From Mariniblastus sp. (lineage in GTDB: Bacteria; Planctomycetota; Planctomycetia; Pirellulales; Pirellulaceae), in assembly GCA_965224765.1 (NCBI GenBank), contig CBDDAC010000029.1, positions 488,039-552,038 on the forward strand: DNA of 64,000 nt. The letters are read 5' to 3'. Positions within the stretch are counted from its first letter, which is position 1. Each line of letters opens with the position of its first letter. Position numbers and translations under genes: made by a program. Under the pieces are notes generated by a model. That model did no database searches. It was given only the letters and a program-made list of their open reading frames with translations, and was not told where the DNA came from. Shown piece by piece: positions 1 through 8,969 of this stretch.

Positions 1-983
1 TCGACAACGCGCTTTGCGTCCGGGCCAACTCGCCCAAGGATTCGAATGGGTCGCTCGGATTCGCCGGTGATTGCATATCCACCACTGGTATTGATGTTGC
101 TTTCCTTGACGACGCGTTCTACGTCCTGCAAGGTCACGCCGTATTCGATCAAGGCGGTTGGATTCACCAGGATCTGATATTGTTTCCGGTCTCCACCTTG
201 CAAGAACGTTTCGGCAACTCCGGTGACTTTCAAAAGTCGTGGCCGCACCACCCAGTCGCCAAGTGTGCCCAATTCAATTTGCTGTTGAAGCTCAGTGGGA
301 AACTGAACGGTGTATTCTTTTCCAGCAATCTCAACCGTGACGTTGGGTTGTTGTTGAGATCCCTGTGATGTGACGCCTGTCGAGACTACGTTCGCATTGG
401 CGACCGGTTTCCACGTTTGGGGTGCATGTCGATCAACTGGTTTCCAAACTTTGACAGTAGAATTTGAGTTTCCGTTTTCGACGAGTTCGGCCATCAAGCC
501 CGTTTTGCCAATGGGCACCAGCAATCCACCAGACGGGCCTTTTTGCCGGTACATTCCTGCAATCACGATTTGCCCCATGATTGACGAAGGCGGCGTCATC
601 TGCGGGGTAATTCCCTTTGGTAAAACGCCTGCCAAAGACGAGAGTCGCTCTTGCACTGTCTGGCGGGCCGTCTTGATTTCTGTATCCCAGCCAAACTCGA
701 TATAGATAACGTTGAGTCCAGCGGTACTTTGACTGCGAACCGCCTCGACGCCGTTGGCCCCCAACAGCGCGACTTCAATCGGTTGGGTGACAAGTGTTTC
801 GACTTCTTCGGTCGCCAGTCCGGGACATTCAGTCAGAATAATGACGCGCGGTCGGTCAAGATCAGGAAACACGTCGATCGGCATTGTGGTCGCCAGATAC
901 GATCCATAAACCAACAGAATCAAGCTGATGATAACGACAAGAAAGCGGTATCGAAGTGAAAAACGTATTACAGCGTCTAGCAT
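1..983 (-). CDS. CusA/CzcA-family heavy-metal RND efflux permease, N-terminal part (gene runs off the left edge)
   Basis: The reverse-strand translation from ATG 983..981 reads MLDAVIRFSLRYRFLVVIISLILLVYGSYLATTMPIDVFPDLDRPRVIILTECPGLATEEVETLVTQPIE..., a classic CzcA/CusA N-terminus. It starts 12 nt downstream of the adaptor gene stop and has an RBS-like ggaa. It is absent from the ORF track because it has no stop in the window. Confidence 0.8.
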   Translation of the reverse strand, partial: MLDAVIRFSLRYRFLVVIISLILLVYGSYLATTMPIDVFPDLDRPRVIILTECPGLATEEVETLVTQPIEVALLGANGVEAVRSQSTAGLNVIYIEFGWDTEIKTARQTVQERLSSLAGVLPKGITPQMTPPSSIMGQIVIAGMYRQKGPSGGLLVPIGKTGLMAELVENGNSNSTVKVWKPVDRHAPQTWKPVANANVVSTGVTSQGSQQQPNVTVEIAGKEYTVQFPTELQQQIELGTLGDWVVRPRLLKVTGVAETFLQGGDRKQYQILVNPTALIEYGVTLQDVERVVKESNINTSGGYAITGESERPIRILGRVGPDAKRVV

Positions 984-994
984 TGATGTATTCC

Positions 995-2407
995 TTAGTG
1001 TGCTGCGTGTGTTGTGCCGTCGGCGTGGACGTGAACGTCCGCACGCATGCCACTGGCTGCTTGAGCTTTGAGAACGCGATTCAACGATGCCGCTGAACTT
1101 TGCGCGAGATAAAATCCGGGCGTGATCGTTCCATCATTGGCGATAACTACGTTGGTTCGGTCTTGGTGGATGACCTGAACGGAGAATCGGTTGAACAAGT
1201 CGCCATTCTGCTGAAAGACAAAGGACTCGGGGCCTTCAGAAATGACCGCGGCCGCGGGTACAACAATCACGTTGTCTATTTTTTCAACGGGGACATCAAT
1301 GATGACGCGTTGCCCTGGTCGATATCGCCATACAACGAACGTGCGACGGTCTTTCTCATAAACTCGGGACTGATTCGTTAATGGAATGAAAAAGTCAAAT
1401 GTCCTGCTGCTTGGATCCGTGGTATTTGCCAAGTGCCGAATCTTGAATTCTGGATTGACTGATTCCCAGTCCTTTGCCGTGTCTTCGGTGAACTCGACGT
1501 CGACTGGCCAATCGTTTTCTGCCGTCCTCGCAAGGTTGGAAGCTTCTTTTTTGAATGCATGTCCTTTGATGTACAGCGAATTGTGATTTGCCAACACGGC
1601 AAGAGCATCGCCTGCGTCGACCTGTTGCCCCAAGTCGACTTTCAAATCCTGTATTTCAAAGAATCCTTTTTCTGAGGGGCTAATTGTTTTGGTAAATCCA
1701 ACTGGCGCGAACTCTTGGTCAGATTCAGTCGTCGCGGGTGCGTGAATGTCTATCGTTGTGAGAAAGTTACCCGATTCGATTTGTCCGACATGCTCAGCGG
1801 ACAACCCGCGAGACGTCAAATCCTGACGATGGGCTTCGAGCAAAGCTGCTTGGCGGCTGATTTGTTGTTCCAATTCCAGAATTCGTTTTCCTGGAATCAC
1901 CCCGGAATTGGTCAACTCACGAAGTCGCACAATCTCTTTGTTGAGAATTTCAGTTTCCCGAACGGCCTTGAACAAATCGGATTGCGATTTCTGCAAATAT
2001 TCGCTGACCAGCCGCAACGTGAACATCCTTTCGTTTGGCTGAACGATATCGCCTTCGAAGGCATGCACTTGCGTGATAACACCAGCGATCGGGGCAGTGA
2101 TTCCTTGGTCCGTTACACCAGGGCGATCGACGATGACGCCAGGAATCTGAACCGTACGCCAATACGACTGAACCTTTACCGGTTTGGAAACTAGGTTAAG
2201 GTTTGCTCTCGCTTGTTCACTTAGCTTGAGCATTTTTGGGGACTCGATTGGAGGATCGCCATCCTGTGCAGTCTCATCATCCTGAGCGTCTTTGTTCAAT
2301 AGTGGTAACCAGTAATCACGACTGAACCATGCACCGACCCCAATTCCGGCAATCACGACTATGTAGGCAAACGGCTGCCACACTTTGCTACTTATTTTTA
2401 AGCGCAT
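995..2407 (-). CDS. RND efflux periplasmic adaptor subunit (HlyD/CzcB/CusB family) with a His-rich C-terminal tail
   Basis: 470-aa ORF with an N-terminal TM anchor, coiled-coil and beta-barrel adaptor architecture. Its C-terminus is HVHADGTTHAAH. It lies immediately upstream of czcA-like, co-oriented with a 12-nt gap. Confidence 0.8.
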   Translation of the reverse strand: MRLKISSKVWQPFAYIVVIAGIGVGAWFSRDYWLPLLNKDAQDDETAQDGDPPIESPKMLKLSEQARANLNLVSKPVKVQSYWRTVQIPGVIVDRPGVTDQGITAPIAGVITQVHAFEGDIVQPNERMFTLRLVSEYLQKSQSDLFKAVRETEILNKEIVRLRELTNSGVIPGKRILELEQQISRQAALLEAHRQDLTSRGLSAEHVGQIESGNFLTTIDIHAPATTESDQEFAPVGFTKTISPSEKGFFEIQDLKVDLGQQVDAGDALAVLANHNSLYIKGHAFKKEASNLARTAENDWPVDVEFTEDTAKDWESVNPEFKIRHLANTTDPSSRTFDFFIPLTNQSRVYEKDRRTFVVWRYRPGQRVIIDVPVEKIDNVIVVPAAAVISEGPESFVFQQNGDLFNRFSVQVIHQDRTNVVIANDGTITPGFYLAQSSAASLNRVLKAQAASGMRADVHVHADGTTHAAH

Positions 2408-2525
2408 AGGAATTCCTCAAACGTTATCCGCCTGTAATTTAACAGGCCGATTTTCCTCATGGAAACAAAGGGAGAAAGGCGATTGGCCTTTCAGTAGATA
2501 ACAAGTCAATCAGGTTGGACTTGCG

Positions 2526-3002
2526 TTAGATGAGCAAACGGGATGTTTGCAGAAAGATAGCGCATTGGTCAGTGGAAAATAGGCCAGGGGGCCCCGCACG
2601 TGTTACCTGACACCGATGCCCGAGCTGAATGACCGGTGGATTCTCGACGACAAGCCATTGAGCGGCAACTGTCGATTCTTCGATTGAAACTCTGCTTGCT
2701 GGCAAATGCAAATCAACTTGTGCGGCAATGTAGATAGCATCGTGATCGTGCCCAGCTGGATTGCCTGTTTCCAACCCAGCGATCGGAGCCGAATTCTCGG
2801 GTTGATCTGAGTCATGATGTTGATGATCGCCAGAATCACCGTGACTGTGGGATGAAGTGTGCGAGTGTCCAGAGTAATGAACGTGAGCCCGCGGCGAATG
2901 TTCGCTTGAATCTGAACCCGAGTGAGTATGTGCGCAACACAAGACTGCCTGATTTGCAAGCAAAGCAGGAACGAGAATCAGACATAAGATTCGTCGGAAC
3001 AT
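2526..3002 (-). CDS. His-rich secreted/periplasmic protein, putative metal-binding accessory of the efflux operon
   Basis: 158 aa with the signal peptide MFRRILCLILVPALLANQA. A long His-rich stretch follows (HTHSGSDSSEHSPRAHVHYSGHSHTSSHSHGDSGDHQHHDSD...AGHDHD). Co-oriented and upstream of the adaptor/RND genes. Confidence 0.45.
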   Translation of the reverse strand: MFRRILCLILVPALLANQAVLCCAHTHSGSDSSEHSPRAHVHYSGHSHTSSHSHGDSGDHQHHDSDQPENSAPIAGLETGNPAGHDHDAIYIAAQVDLHLPASRVSIEESTVAAQWLVVENPPVIQLGHRCQVTRAGPPGLFSTDQCAIFLQTSRLLI

Positions 3003-3554
3003 CAGTATGTGTCTTTGGCAACTTTTGAGGGATGGGTAACAGCAACTATAGCATGCAACTCAGCGGGGACAATTCCATAGCGAAATTTGCGGGTCAAATG
3101 GGACGTGTAGTCACAGACAAACCGCGAAATCGTCAAAAGCGTAGCGATTGGTAGCCGGACAATTTGGTACGAATCTATGCATTGGTCTGATTTTTGTCCA
3201 GTTTCTGACCGCGCAACGAACCAATTCTCAAGTCAATTTGACTTACATATCACCGCTGCAACAACTCTGGCGATAGAAATGTTGACGCTCGATTTGAACG
3301 TTCGATAATCGGTGGTTCACAAGAAACAGAACAGATTCAACAGGTCTTGGAAACTTGGTGTACTGTTTATGACTAGCCGTTGGTCAGCGGCATCCAAATG
3401 AATGCAAGAACACGTTGCAGAGGTCATTTTGGGCCGAGGTTCCATCATCCGTGCGCTTTCTGAGAGCGCTTCGGTGTTTCACGCCGACGCTAGATACGGG
3501 TTTGCAGAAAACCGCCACTATTGCCAGCATGTGGGCGACGAGATACTGTCTAGT

Positions 3555-4058
3555 ATGCAAATTAGAATCGAAAAGGTAACTGACGAAACCGCTACTCGCT
3601 CAGTCAATACCTTGGCCTTTGAAACACCATCTGAAGCCAATCTTGTCGACGCGCTGCGAGCACAGGCAACGCCTGTTGTTTCACTCGTTGCCGAAGAAAA
3701 CCACATAGTGGTTGGCCACATAATGTTCTCGCCCGTTGCTTTGTCGGGCCATCCCGAGCTGAAGGCAATCGGACTTGCCCCTATGGCCGTCATACCAGAG
3801 TTCCAGCGAACTGGTATTGGCTCGGCACTTGTTCAAGCAGGTCTTGAGCAGTGTAAGCAACTAGGCTTTGTCGCGGTTGTCGTTCTTGGGCATCCCGAAT
3901 TCTATCCCCGCTTTGGCTTCTCGCCGTCCTCTCGCTTTGGTATCAATTCCGAATACGACGTCCCTGGGAATGCGTTTATGGTGTTGGAGATACGGCCAGG
4001 AGCCCTGAACGGAGTGAACGGAACCGTGAAGTACCACAATGCATTCAACAGCTTATAG
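3555..4058 (+). CDS. GNAT-family N-acetyltransferase (YhbS-like)
   Basis: ORF 3402..4058. The internal start MQIRIEKVTDE... at 3555 aligns with the YhbS N-terminus (MxIRxE...VAxxxxxIVGHIxFSPV). The downstream acetyl-CoA-binding core is QRTGIGSALV. Confidence 0.7.
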   Translation: MQIRIEKVTDETATRSVNTLAFETPSEANLVDALRAQATPVVSLVAEENHIVVGHIMFSPVALSGHPELKAIGLAPMAVIPEFQRTGIGSALVQAGLEQCKQLGFVAVVVLGHPEFYPRFGFSPSSRFGINSEYDVPGNAFMVLEIRPGALNGVNGTVKYHNAFNSL

Positions 4059-4160
4059 GCTAGTTCACGCTAAGCTGCGTCGGCTTCATCGACTGATGTT
4101 TCCTGGCACGCGAATAGAATGCCGAGCCGAATGCAAGCTTCGCACACTTAAATCCGCCTG

Positions 4161-4748
4161 TCACGGCAGGCTATCGCCTGTTTTGCTGATTTGATTGAAA
4201 ATGGGACGACAACCTTCCAGTGGTGTTGTGTATGGCTCAGACGGAGGTTGTGGCAACGGTGGTGCACTCTTAATGGCCGCGTAGGAAAACAGAATCCCTA
4301 AAACGACTGCTCCAAGACTGGTGATTAGCCATGCGGTTCCTTTCGAAGAACGGGTCAAGGTAACGCCCATCAGCGCCGTCACAACAAGGAACGCCATCAA
4401 ACTTTGCTGTGGAGCCGATCCAATGCCAAACAGACCTGACGGACACTCGAGGACTTCGGTCAGCTCGAGAAATACGTGGAACGCTGCCACGCATAATCCA
4501 CTGACCGCCAACGGCACGCCTAGCAAAACTGAAAAGCCAGGTCTTGCATCGCCCGCCCGCACTAAACCCATCAACAACACCCCGACCAGACCCATCATGA
4601 AAGTCCGTTCGTAGAGACAGAGCGGACAGGCTTTTAAATTCATACCCATGCTCAGATAGAGACTTCCTGTCAAAGCAGCTAGGCTGACGCCCAAGGCCAG
4701 CAATTCCCAAATTCGGACTGGAGTGGCGGGTGAAGGAGTCGGTTCCAT
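4161..4748 (-). CDS. DsbB/BdbC-like thiol-disulfide oxidoreductase membrane protein (start uncertain; ORF extends to 4832)
   Basis: Multi-TM protein with the CPLCLYER motif, comparable to the BdbC/DsbB CxxCxYQR motif, plus a later loop Cys (ECPSG). Candidate starts are at 4772 or 4748. Confidence 0.5.
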   Translation of the reverse strand: MEPTPSPATPVRIWELLALGVSLAALTGSLYLSMGMNLKACPLCLYERTFMMGLVGVLLMGLVRAGDARPGFSVLLGVPLAVSGLCVAAFHVFLELTEVLECPSGLFGIGSAPQQSLMAFLVVTALMGVTLTRSSKGTAWLITSLGAVVLGILFSYAAIKSAPPLPQPPSEPYTTPLEGCRPIFNQISKTGDSLP

Positions 4749-4930
4749 TTTGGCTCTGTACTGTGATGTCATTGACGAATTTCCAAGTCTGATTTTTCGC
4801 CTTAGAGAGAAACTGGACCAACAGGAAGGCAAATGCGAATTTTAGCGGATTTCTGAAAAGTTTGCGAATGGTTTGGCGATGCACTGCCAACTCTTGGATC
4901 AAAATCGGAATCGACAAACCGCAATAAACG

Positions 4931-5302
4931 GTCGTCGAGTTTTTGCCTTTTACGGGAGGTTGAGGCTCCTGCCGAAACAATTCTTGTTCCTCTCAAACGT
5001 GGAACTTGGAGCTAATACGCGGATCGTTTTGAACTGACGGGTAACAAGGCTAAGAAAACCGGTGTTCTGATGTTCTCGGCCCGCCAATCGAAGACGGGGG
5101 AGGTACTAGGCTGTTGGCAGAACAACACATGCCCACGCAAGCGAGGAGCATGGCACCCGTCGTCGAGTTTTTGCCTTTTACGGGAGGTTGAGGCTCCTGC
5201 CGAAACAATTCTTGTTCCTCTCAAACGTGGAACTTGGAGCTAATACGCGGATCGTTTTGAACTGACAGGTAACAAGGCTAAAAAAACCGGTGTATCTGAT
5301 GG
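4931..5302. repeat. Composite intergenic repeat family A, two tandem units
   Basis: The unit cgtcgtcgagtttttgccttttacgggaggttgaggctcctgccgaaacaattcttgttcctctcaaacgtggaacttggagctaatacgcggatcgttttgaactgac.ggtaacaaggctaa.aaaaccggtg occurs at 4931-5065 and again at 5158-5302. The two are separated by a spacer holding the palindromic core catgcccacgcaagcgaggagcatggcacc. The same modules recur at 8270-8408 and 15475-15760. Confidence 0.85.
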
Positions 5303-5398
5303 ACGATAACTCCGCCAATGTGAGCGACAAATGCCGTGCTCGATCGAGCCAAAAAGAGTGTTTAACAGATTCCTGAATAAGGGTCCATCATGTTTCTG

Positions 5399-7852
5399 TC
5401 AGTGCTTGTTTCCCGTCCACGGCAAGAACCGCGAAAAGATTGCTTCTGTCTGTGTCGAAAACATCTCCCAACCGTAACCACCTGGAAGCTCTTTCGTCGT
5501 GACAGACACGCCTACTGCACGTATCTTAGGAAGCATGCGCTTGATCGCTGGCGTTACCACTGTCGCCTCAGCCACTGCAACGGAATCCATTTCACACCAA
5601 TCGATGTAGACTTGAGGTGGTGATTCTGTTGTTTCTAGCAGCCTAGTTAGTTCACGCTCGAAAGCCGCATTCATTACCGGGGACTGTACTGCAACTGCAG
5701 CAAATGACTGAGGATGACGTAGCGCCGTGTCGAGAGCTCGACTGCCGTGAAGCAACGTGGCCATCATAAAACGACGATCTCGTTGGTCGCTCACGCTGTA
5801 CGTCTTCTCGACCCATGGCAACAGTTCTTCGATTACCATCCTTGTGAATAGCGGACCGCGACCTCCAAGGCTCTCATAGAAAATGTTCATTTCTGCCGGT
5901 TCAGCGACATCGACAAAGACCACGACCGCCGGTTCAACCGTGTTTCCCATTGCAGCGTCCAGGATCTCGGGCATGCGACCGAAAAAACGGTCCATCCCGC
6001 TTGTCACGAGAACCAAAGGGTAGGTTTGCGCTTTGTCATATCCGGCCGGCGTGTACACAGCAACAGTACGCTCGTTTTCCAACAGCTTGCTGGAGAATTT
6101 ATGGTTCGTGATCTCGCCTTTTTCGGAAGGCGTGATTGCATCGGGTGCTAACGCAGCTGCCGGTCGATACCCTTTCATCAACAGCAATGAACTCGGCATA
6201 ATCGTGCTGGCTCGGAGTTCGTTGTTCGGGTCTAGCGCAGGTCGCTCACCGTCGATCTCGAAACGGTAAACATAGGCACCCTTCAAGTTTAGTTTTTCTG
6301 TTCGACTCCACAGGTCGGTTCCTTCAACCCGAACCATAGGCAGTGCAGACTCAACTGGAACTCCGCCTGGAATCCACCCCACATCATCAGCTTTACCGTA
6401 AAAAAGAAAAGTCACGGTACCGTCCGATTCAATCAAAGGAGTCTTGTTTTCTTTGAGAAAACTCTCGATGATTCGACCGCGCTTGGTGGCATCGTCCTCC
6501 CGTTCGATTGACGCCAGCAATTTTGCAAAACTCGCAACATGTCTTGGTTCAATACTCGGTTCAACACGTCTCTCGGCGGCGAGCGGCGCAGCCACCGTGA
6601 CGGCAATCGAAAGCAGTTCGTCGTGTGCTCGCAAAAGAAGTCCATTCCCAGTCCAGACCGGATTGACAAGTGTTCCTTTCTTGGCCAATTGGGTCTCTGC
6701 GATCTGTCGGAATTCCAACGGGCTTGGTTCAGCGAACAAGAGCCGTCCGTCAACTGTCCAAATTACGAGCCAATCTCCTAGCAAAAGTAGTGAACCGGGG
6801 CCAATGCCGCGAGTCTTCCAGTTCCGTCGCCCGGTCGCTGAATTGACCGAAGCAAAAAAATCGCCATTCCAGCCGTAAATCTCATCCTGAAGCGAGACGG
6901 GAACGGAATAGCTTTTTTTGAGCTCACGAGAACGCCACAGCTCGCTCGCTATGAACGATCCTCCATCGCGTTTAAGCCTGAAGGCGACAGAATCTTGGAC
7001 GCCTGTGACGACAAAACTGTCGGTGCCGACGACGACTAGGGGATTCGAATGCGTCTCAGCTTTTTCGAGATATTTGACTTTCCAAAGTAACGTCCCTGTT
7101 TTCAAGTTGATACCAAAAATTTCCGTACCACCGACGGCGATAAGCTGACGCACACCCAAAAACTCAGCCACAAGAGGGGACTGATAGGAAACCGAGTCAT
7201 CGCCCACACTCCAAACCATTTCGCCATTGCGCATATCGAACGCAGCAATACACTTGCCCGGGCCCGCTCCAATTTGCACGACAACAAGTTGATCGACAAT
7301 CAATGGAGAACTGGATACACCGTAAGTTGGTATGCCAGCCCCATGCTCGGCAGGTAGATCAACGCGCCAAAGTTGGTTGCCGTCCTTGGAATCCAGTGCA
7401 AATAGCTGGCCCCGTGGCCCAAGTCCGATAATGACCCCGTCGCCCAACGACGGGGTACTGATTGGCCCATCGTCTGAACCATCGATACCTCGCCATGTCA
7501 GGCCAATTTCGTAATTCCAAATGGTCTTTCCGGAGACGGTATCCACTGCTCTTAATCGATCGCTACTGCCGTCCGAAAATGCGATATACGCAACCTCGCC
7601 AGATACAATTGGTTGTGAATATCCAGGCCCTAGCGGCAATCGCCATCTCACCTCGACCTTAGGAACGCCGCCCGAGGTGTTTAGATTTGGTGCATGGACC
7701 GTCAAATCGGATCGGTCACCCAAGAATTGGGGCCACGCAAAACGCTGGATAGTTGAGTTCTGTCCCGGTGCAATTCCACAAAAGACAAGTGATGCGACAA
7801 GCACAGCAGCCTGCCACGATAACCCCGAAGCGTCAGAATTGAACACGGCCAT
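5399..7852 (-). CDS. Fusion protein: N-terminal PQQ-like beta-propeller (BamB/YxaL-like) and C-terminal alpha/beta-hydrolase esterase domain
   Basis: 817 aa. A signal-like N-terminus is followed by repeated G..W beta-propeller blades (LWKV, MVWSV, LWRVDL). The C-terminal roughly 300 aa resemble an esterase-D/enterochelin-esterase-type hydrolase (YTPAGYDKAQTYPLVLVTSG...HGSRAL). Confidence 0.6.
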   Translation of the reverse strand: MAVFNSDASGLSWQAAVLVASLVFCGIAPGQNSTIQRFAWPQFLGDRSDLTVHAPNLNTSGGVPKVEVRWRLPLGPGYSQPIVSGEVAYIAFSDGSSDRLRAVDTVSGKTIWNYEIGLTWRGIDGSDDGPISTPSLGDGVIIGLGPRGQLFALDSKDGNQLWRVDLPAEHGAGIPTYGVSSSPLIVDQLVVVQIGAGPGKCIAAFDMRNGEMVWSVGDDSVSYQSPLVAEFLGVRQLIAVGGTEIFGINLKTGTLLWKVKYLEKAETHSNPLVVVGTDSFVVTGVQDSVAFRLKRDGGSFIASELWRSRELKKSYSVPVSLQDEIYGWNGDFFASVNSATGRRNWKTRGIGPGSLLLLGDWLVIWTVDGRLLFAEPSPLEFRQIAETQLAKKGTLVNPVWTGNGLLLRAHDELLSIAVTVAAPLAAERRVEPSIEPRHVASFAKLLASIEREDDATKRGRIIESFLKENKTPLIESDGTVTFLFYGKADDVGWIPGGVPVESALPMVRVEGTDLWSRTEKLNLKGAYVYRFEIDGERPALDPNNELRASTIMPSSLLLMKGYRPAAALAPDAITPSEKGEITNHKFSSKLLENERTVAVYTPAGYDKAQTYPLVLVTSGMDRFFGRMPEILDAAMGNTVEPAVVVFVDVAEPAEMNIFYESLGGRGPLFTRMVIEELLPWVEKTYSVSDQRDRRFMMATLLHGSRALDTALRHPQSFAAVAVQSPVMNAAFERELTRLLETTESPPQVYIDWCEMDSVAVAEATVVTPAIKRMLPKIRAVGVSVTTKELPGGYGWEMFSTQTEAIFSRFLPWTGNKH

Positions 7853-8269
7853 ATCCCTTTATTCTTGAAGATGATTCAAGCATTGCGAACAACAATTGCG
7901 CCTGCTGTCCACGAGATTAAATTGATACAATTGTTTTGGAAATCTATCATAGTTTGCGCCAAACCTAAATGATCTTGAGTTACTGCGGTAGTGTTTGCTT
8001 AGATTCCGCCGCAAAAGCGTGGGTTTGTTGGTTTTACTTCTTTTGCTCGCGATGGCGCCTCAGAAATCCTTCGTTTTTCGTTCGCCAGCTTCAACGCTTG
8101 TATTTCAGCTGGAATTACGCCCGCTAGTCCCAACAACTCATCTCGGTCCTAAAAAGGCCCTAAATTCCGAGGTTGTTGGATATCTGCCAAAACCCGGATG
8201 CGGCGATTAAGGCGTTGCAGCGAACTCTCTTTTCGCGCTTCGGTCCGACACATTATCAGTAAGAATCGC

Positions 8270-8408
8270 GGGGGTAGGTAGGCTGTTGGCAGGACAACAC
8301 ATGCCCACGCAAGCGAGGAGCATGGCACCCGTCGTCGAGCTTTGCCTTTTACGGGAGGTTGAGGCTCCTGCCGAAACAATTCTTGTTCCTCTCAAACGTG
8401 GAACTAGC
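8270..8408. repeat. Repeat family A copy (core palindrome plus gaggctcctgccgaaacaattcttgttcctctcaaacgtggaac module)
   Basis: Near-identical to 5100-5240. It overlaps the spurious ORFs 8149..8379 and 8207..8410, whose peptides MFRQEPQPPVKGK and RGTRIVSAGASTSRKRQ recur at the other copies. Confidence 0.85.
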
Positions 8409-8428
8409 AATCAATTGAAAATCGGCGT

Positions 8429-8827
8429 CTAGGAAGAAGGGACAATCGAATCTTCAGCACCAATTTCACGAATCATTTTTTTTAGATAATCCAGTTCACT
8501 ACTACTTAGTTTCGCAGTTTGAACCAGGTAGCTAAGCATGTGGACTCTTCGGCCGTCGAAAACGGTGTCGAGAAATGAATCGCTGGCGCTTTTCATGCAT
8601 TCCGATCGTGATTCGATACTGCGATAATAGTATCGCTTTCCCTTTCGGTAGTATGCCAAGGCGCCTTTCTTTACCAGTCGGTGTAAAAGCGTTTTGATGG
8701 TGGTGGGTGTCCAAAAAGTGGACGCGGTCAATCGCTCGACGAGCTCTCCGCTGGTGCTGGGCTCATCTAGCCAAACTTCGTGCATGACCCGCCATTCGGC
8801 GTCGGAGATATGGAGCGTGTCTTCCAT
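8429..8827 (-). CDS. BlaI/MecI/CopY-family transcriptional repressor
   Basis: 132 aa. A winged-helix N-terminus (ISDAEWRVMHEVWLDEPSTSGELVERL...TIKTLLHRLVKKGAL) is followed by a C-terminal dimerisation helix, the typical penicillinase-repressor fold. Confidence 0.75.
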   Translation of the reverse strand: MEDTLHISDAEWRVMHEVWLDEPSTSGELVERLTASTFWTPTTIKTLLHRLVKKGALAYYRKGKRYYYRSIESRSECMKSASDSFLDTVFDGRRVHMLSYLVQTAKLSSSELDYLKKMIREIGAEDSIVPSS

Positions 8828-8969
8828 TGAACTTTTGGTTGAGTGGATTGACCTCGATGATTAGCAAAACTCCTGTGAACGTGTCAACACAAGTTGGAAC
8901 AAAAAAAGCCGCAGCGGATTGCTGCGGCTTTGAAGTTGAACTGGTAGGAGGCCCTAAGGCGTCGATTCA

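Noticed and set aside
2603-2959. Alternative-frame 118-aa ORF overlapping the His-rich ORF
   Set aside because: The His-rich frame has a clean signal peptide and a coherent metal-binding composition. The alternative frame shows no features.
4270-5224. ORFs 4270..4980, 4802..4996 and 5012..5224, encoding MFRQEPQPPVKGK... and MRGTRIVSAGASTSRKRQ...
   Set aside because: They start inside repeat family A and run into the DsbB-like gene in another frame. The same peptides recur wherever the DNA repeat occurs (8149-8410, 15274-15627). They are conserved as DNA, not as protein.
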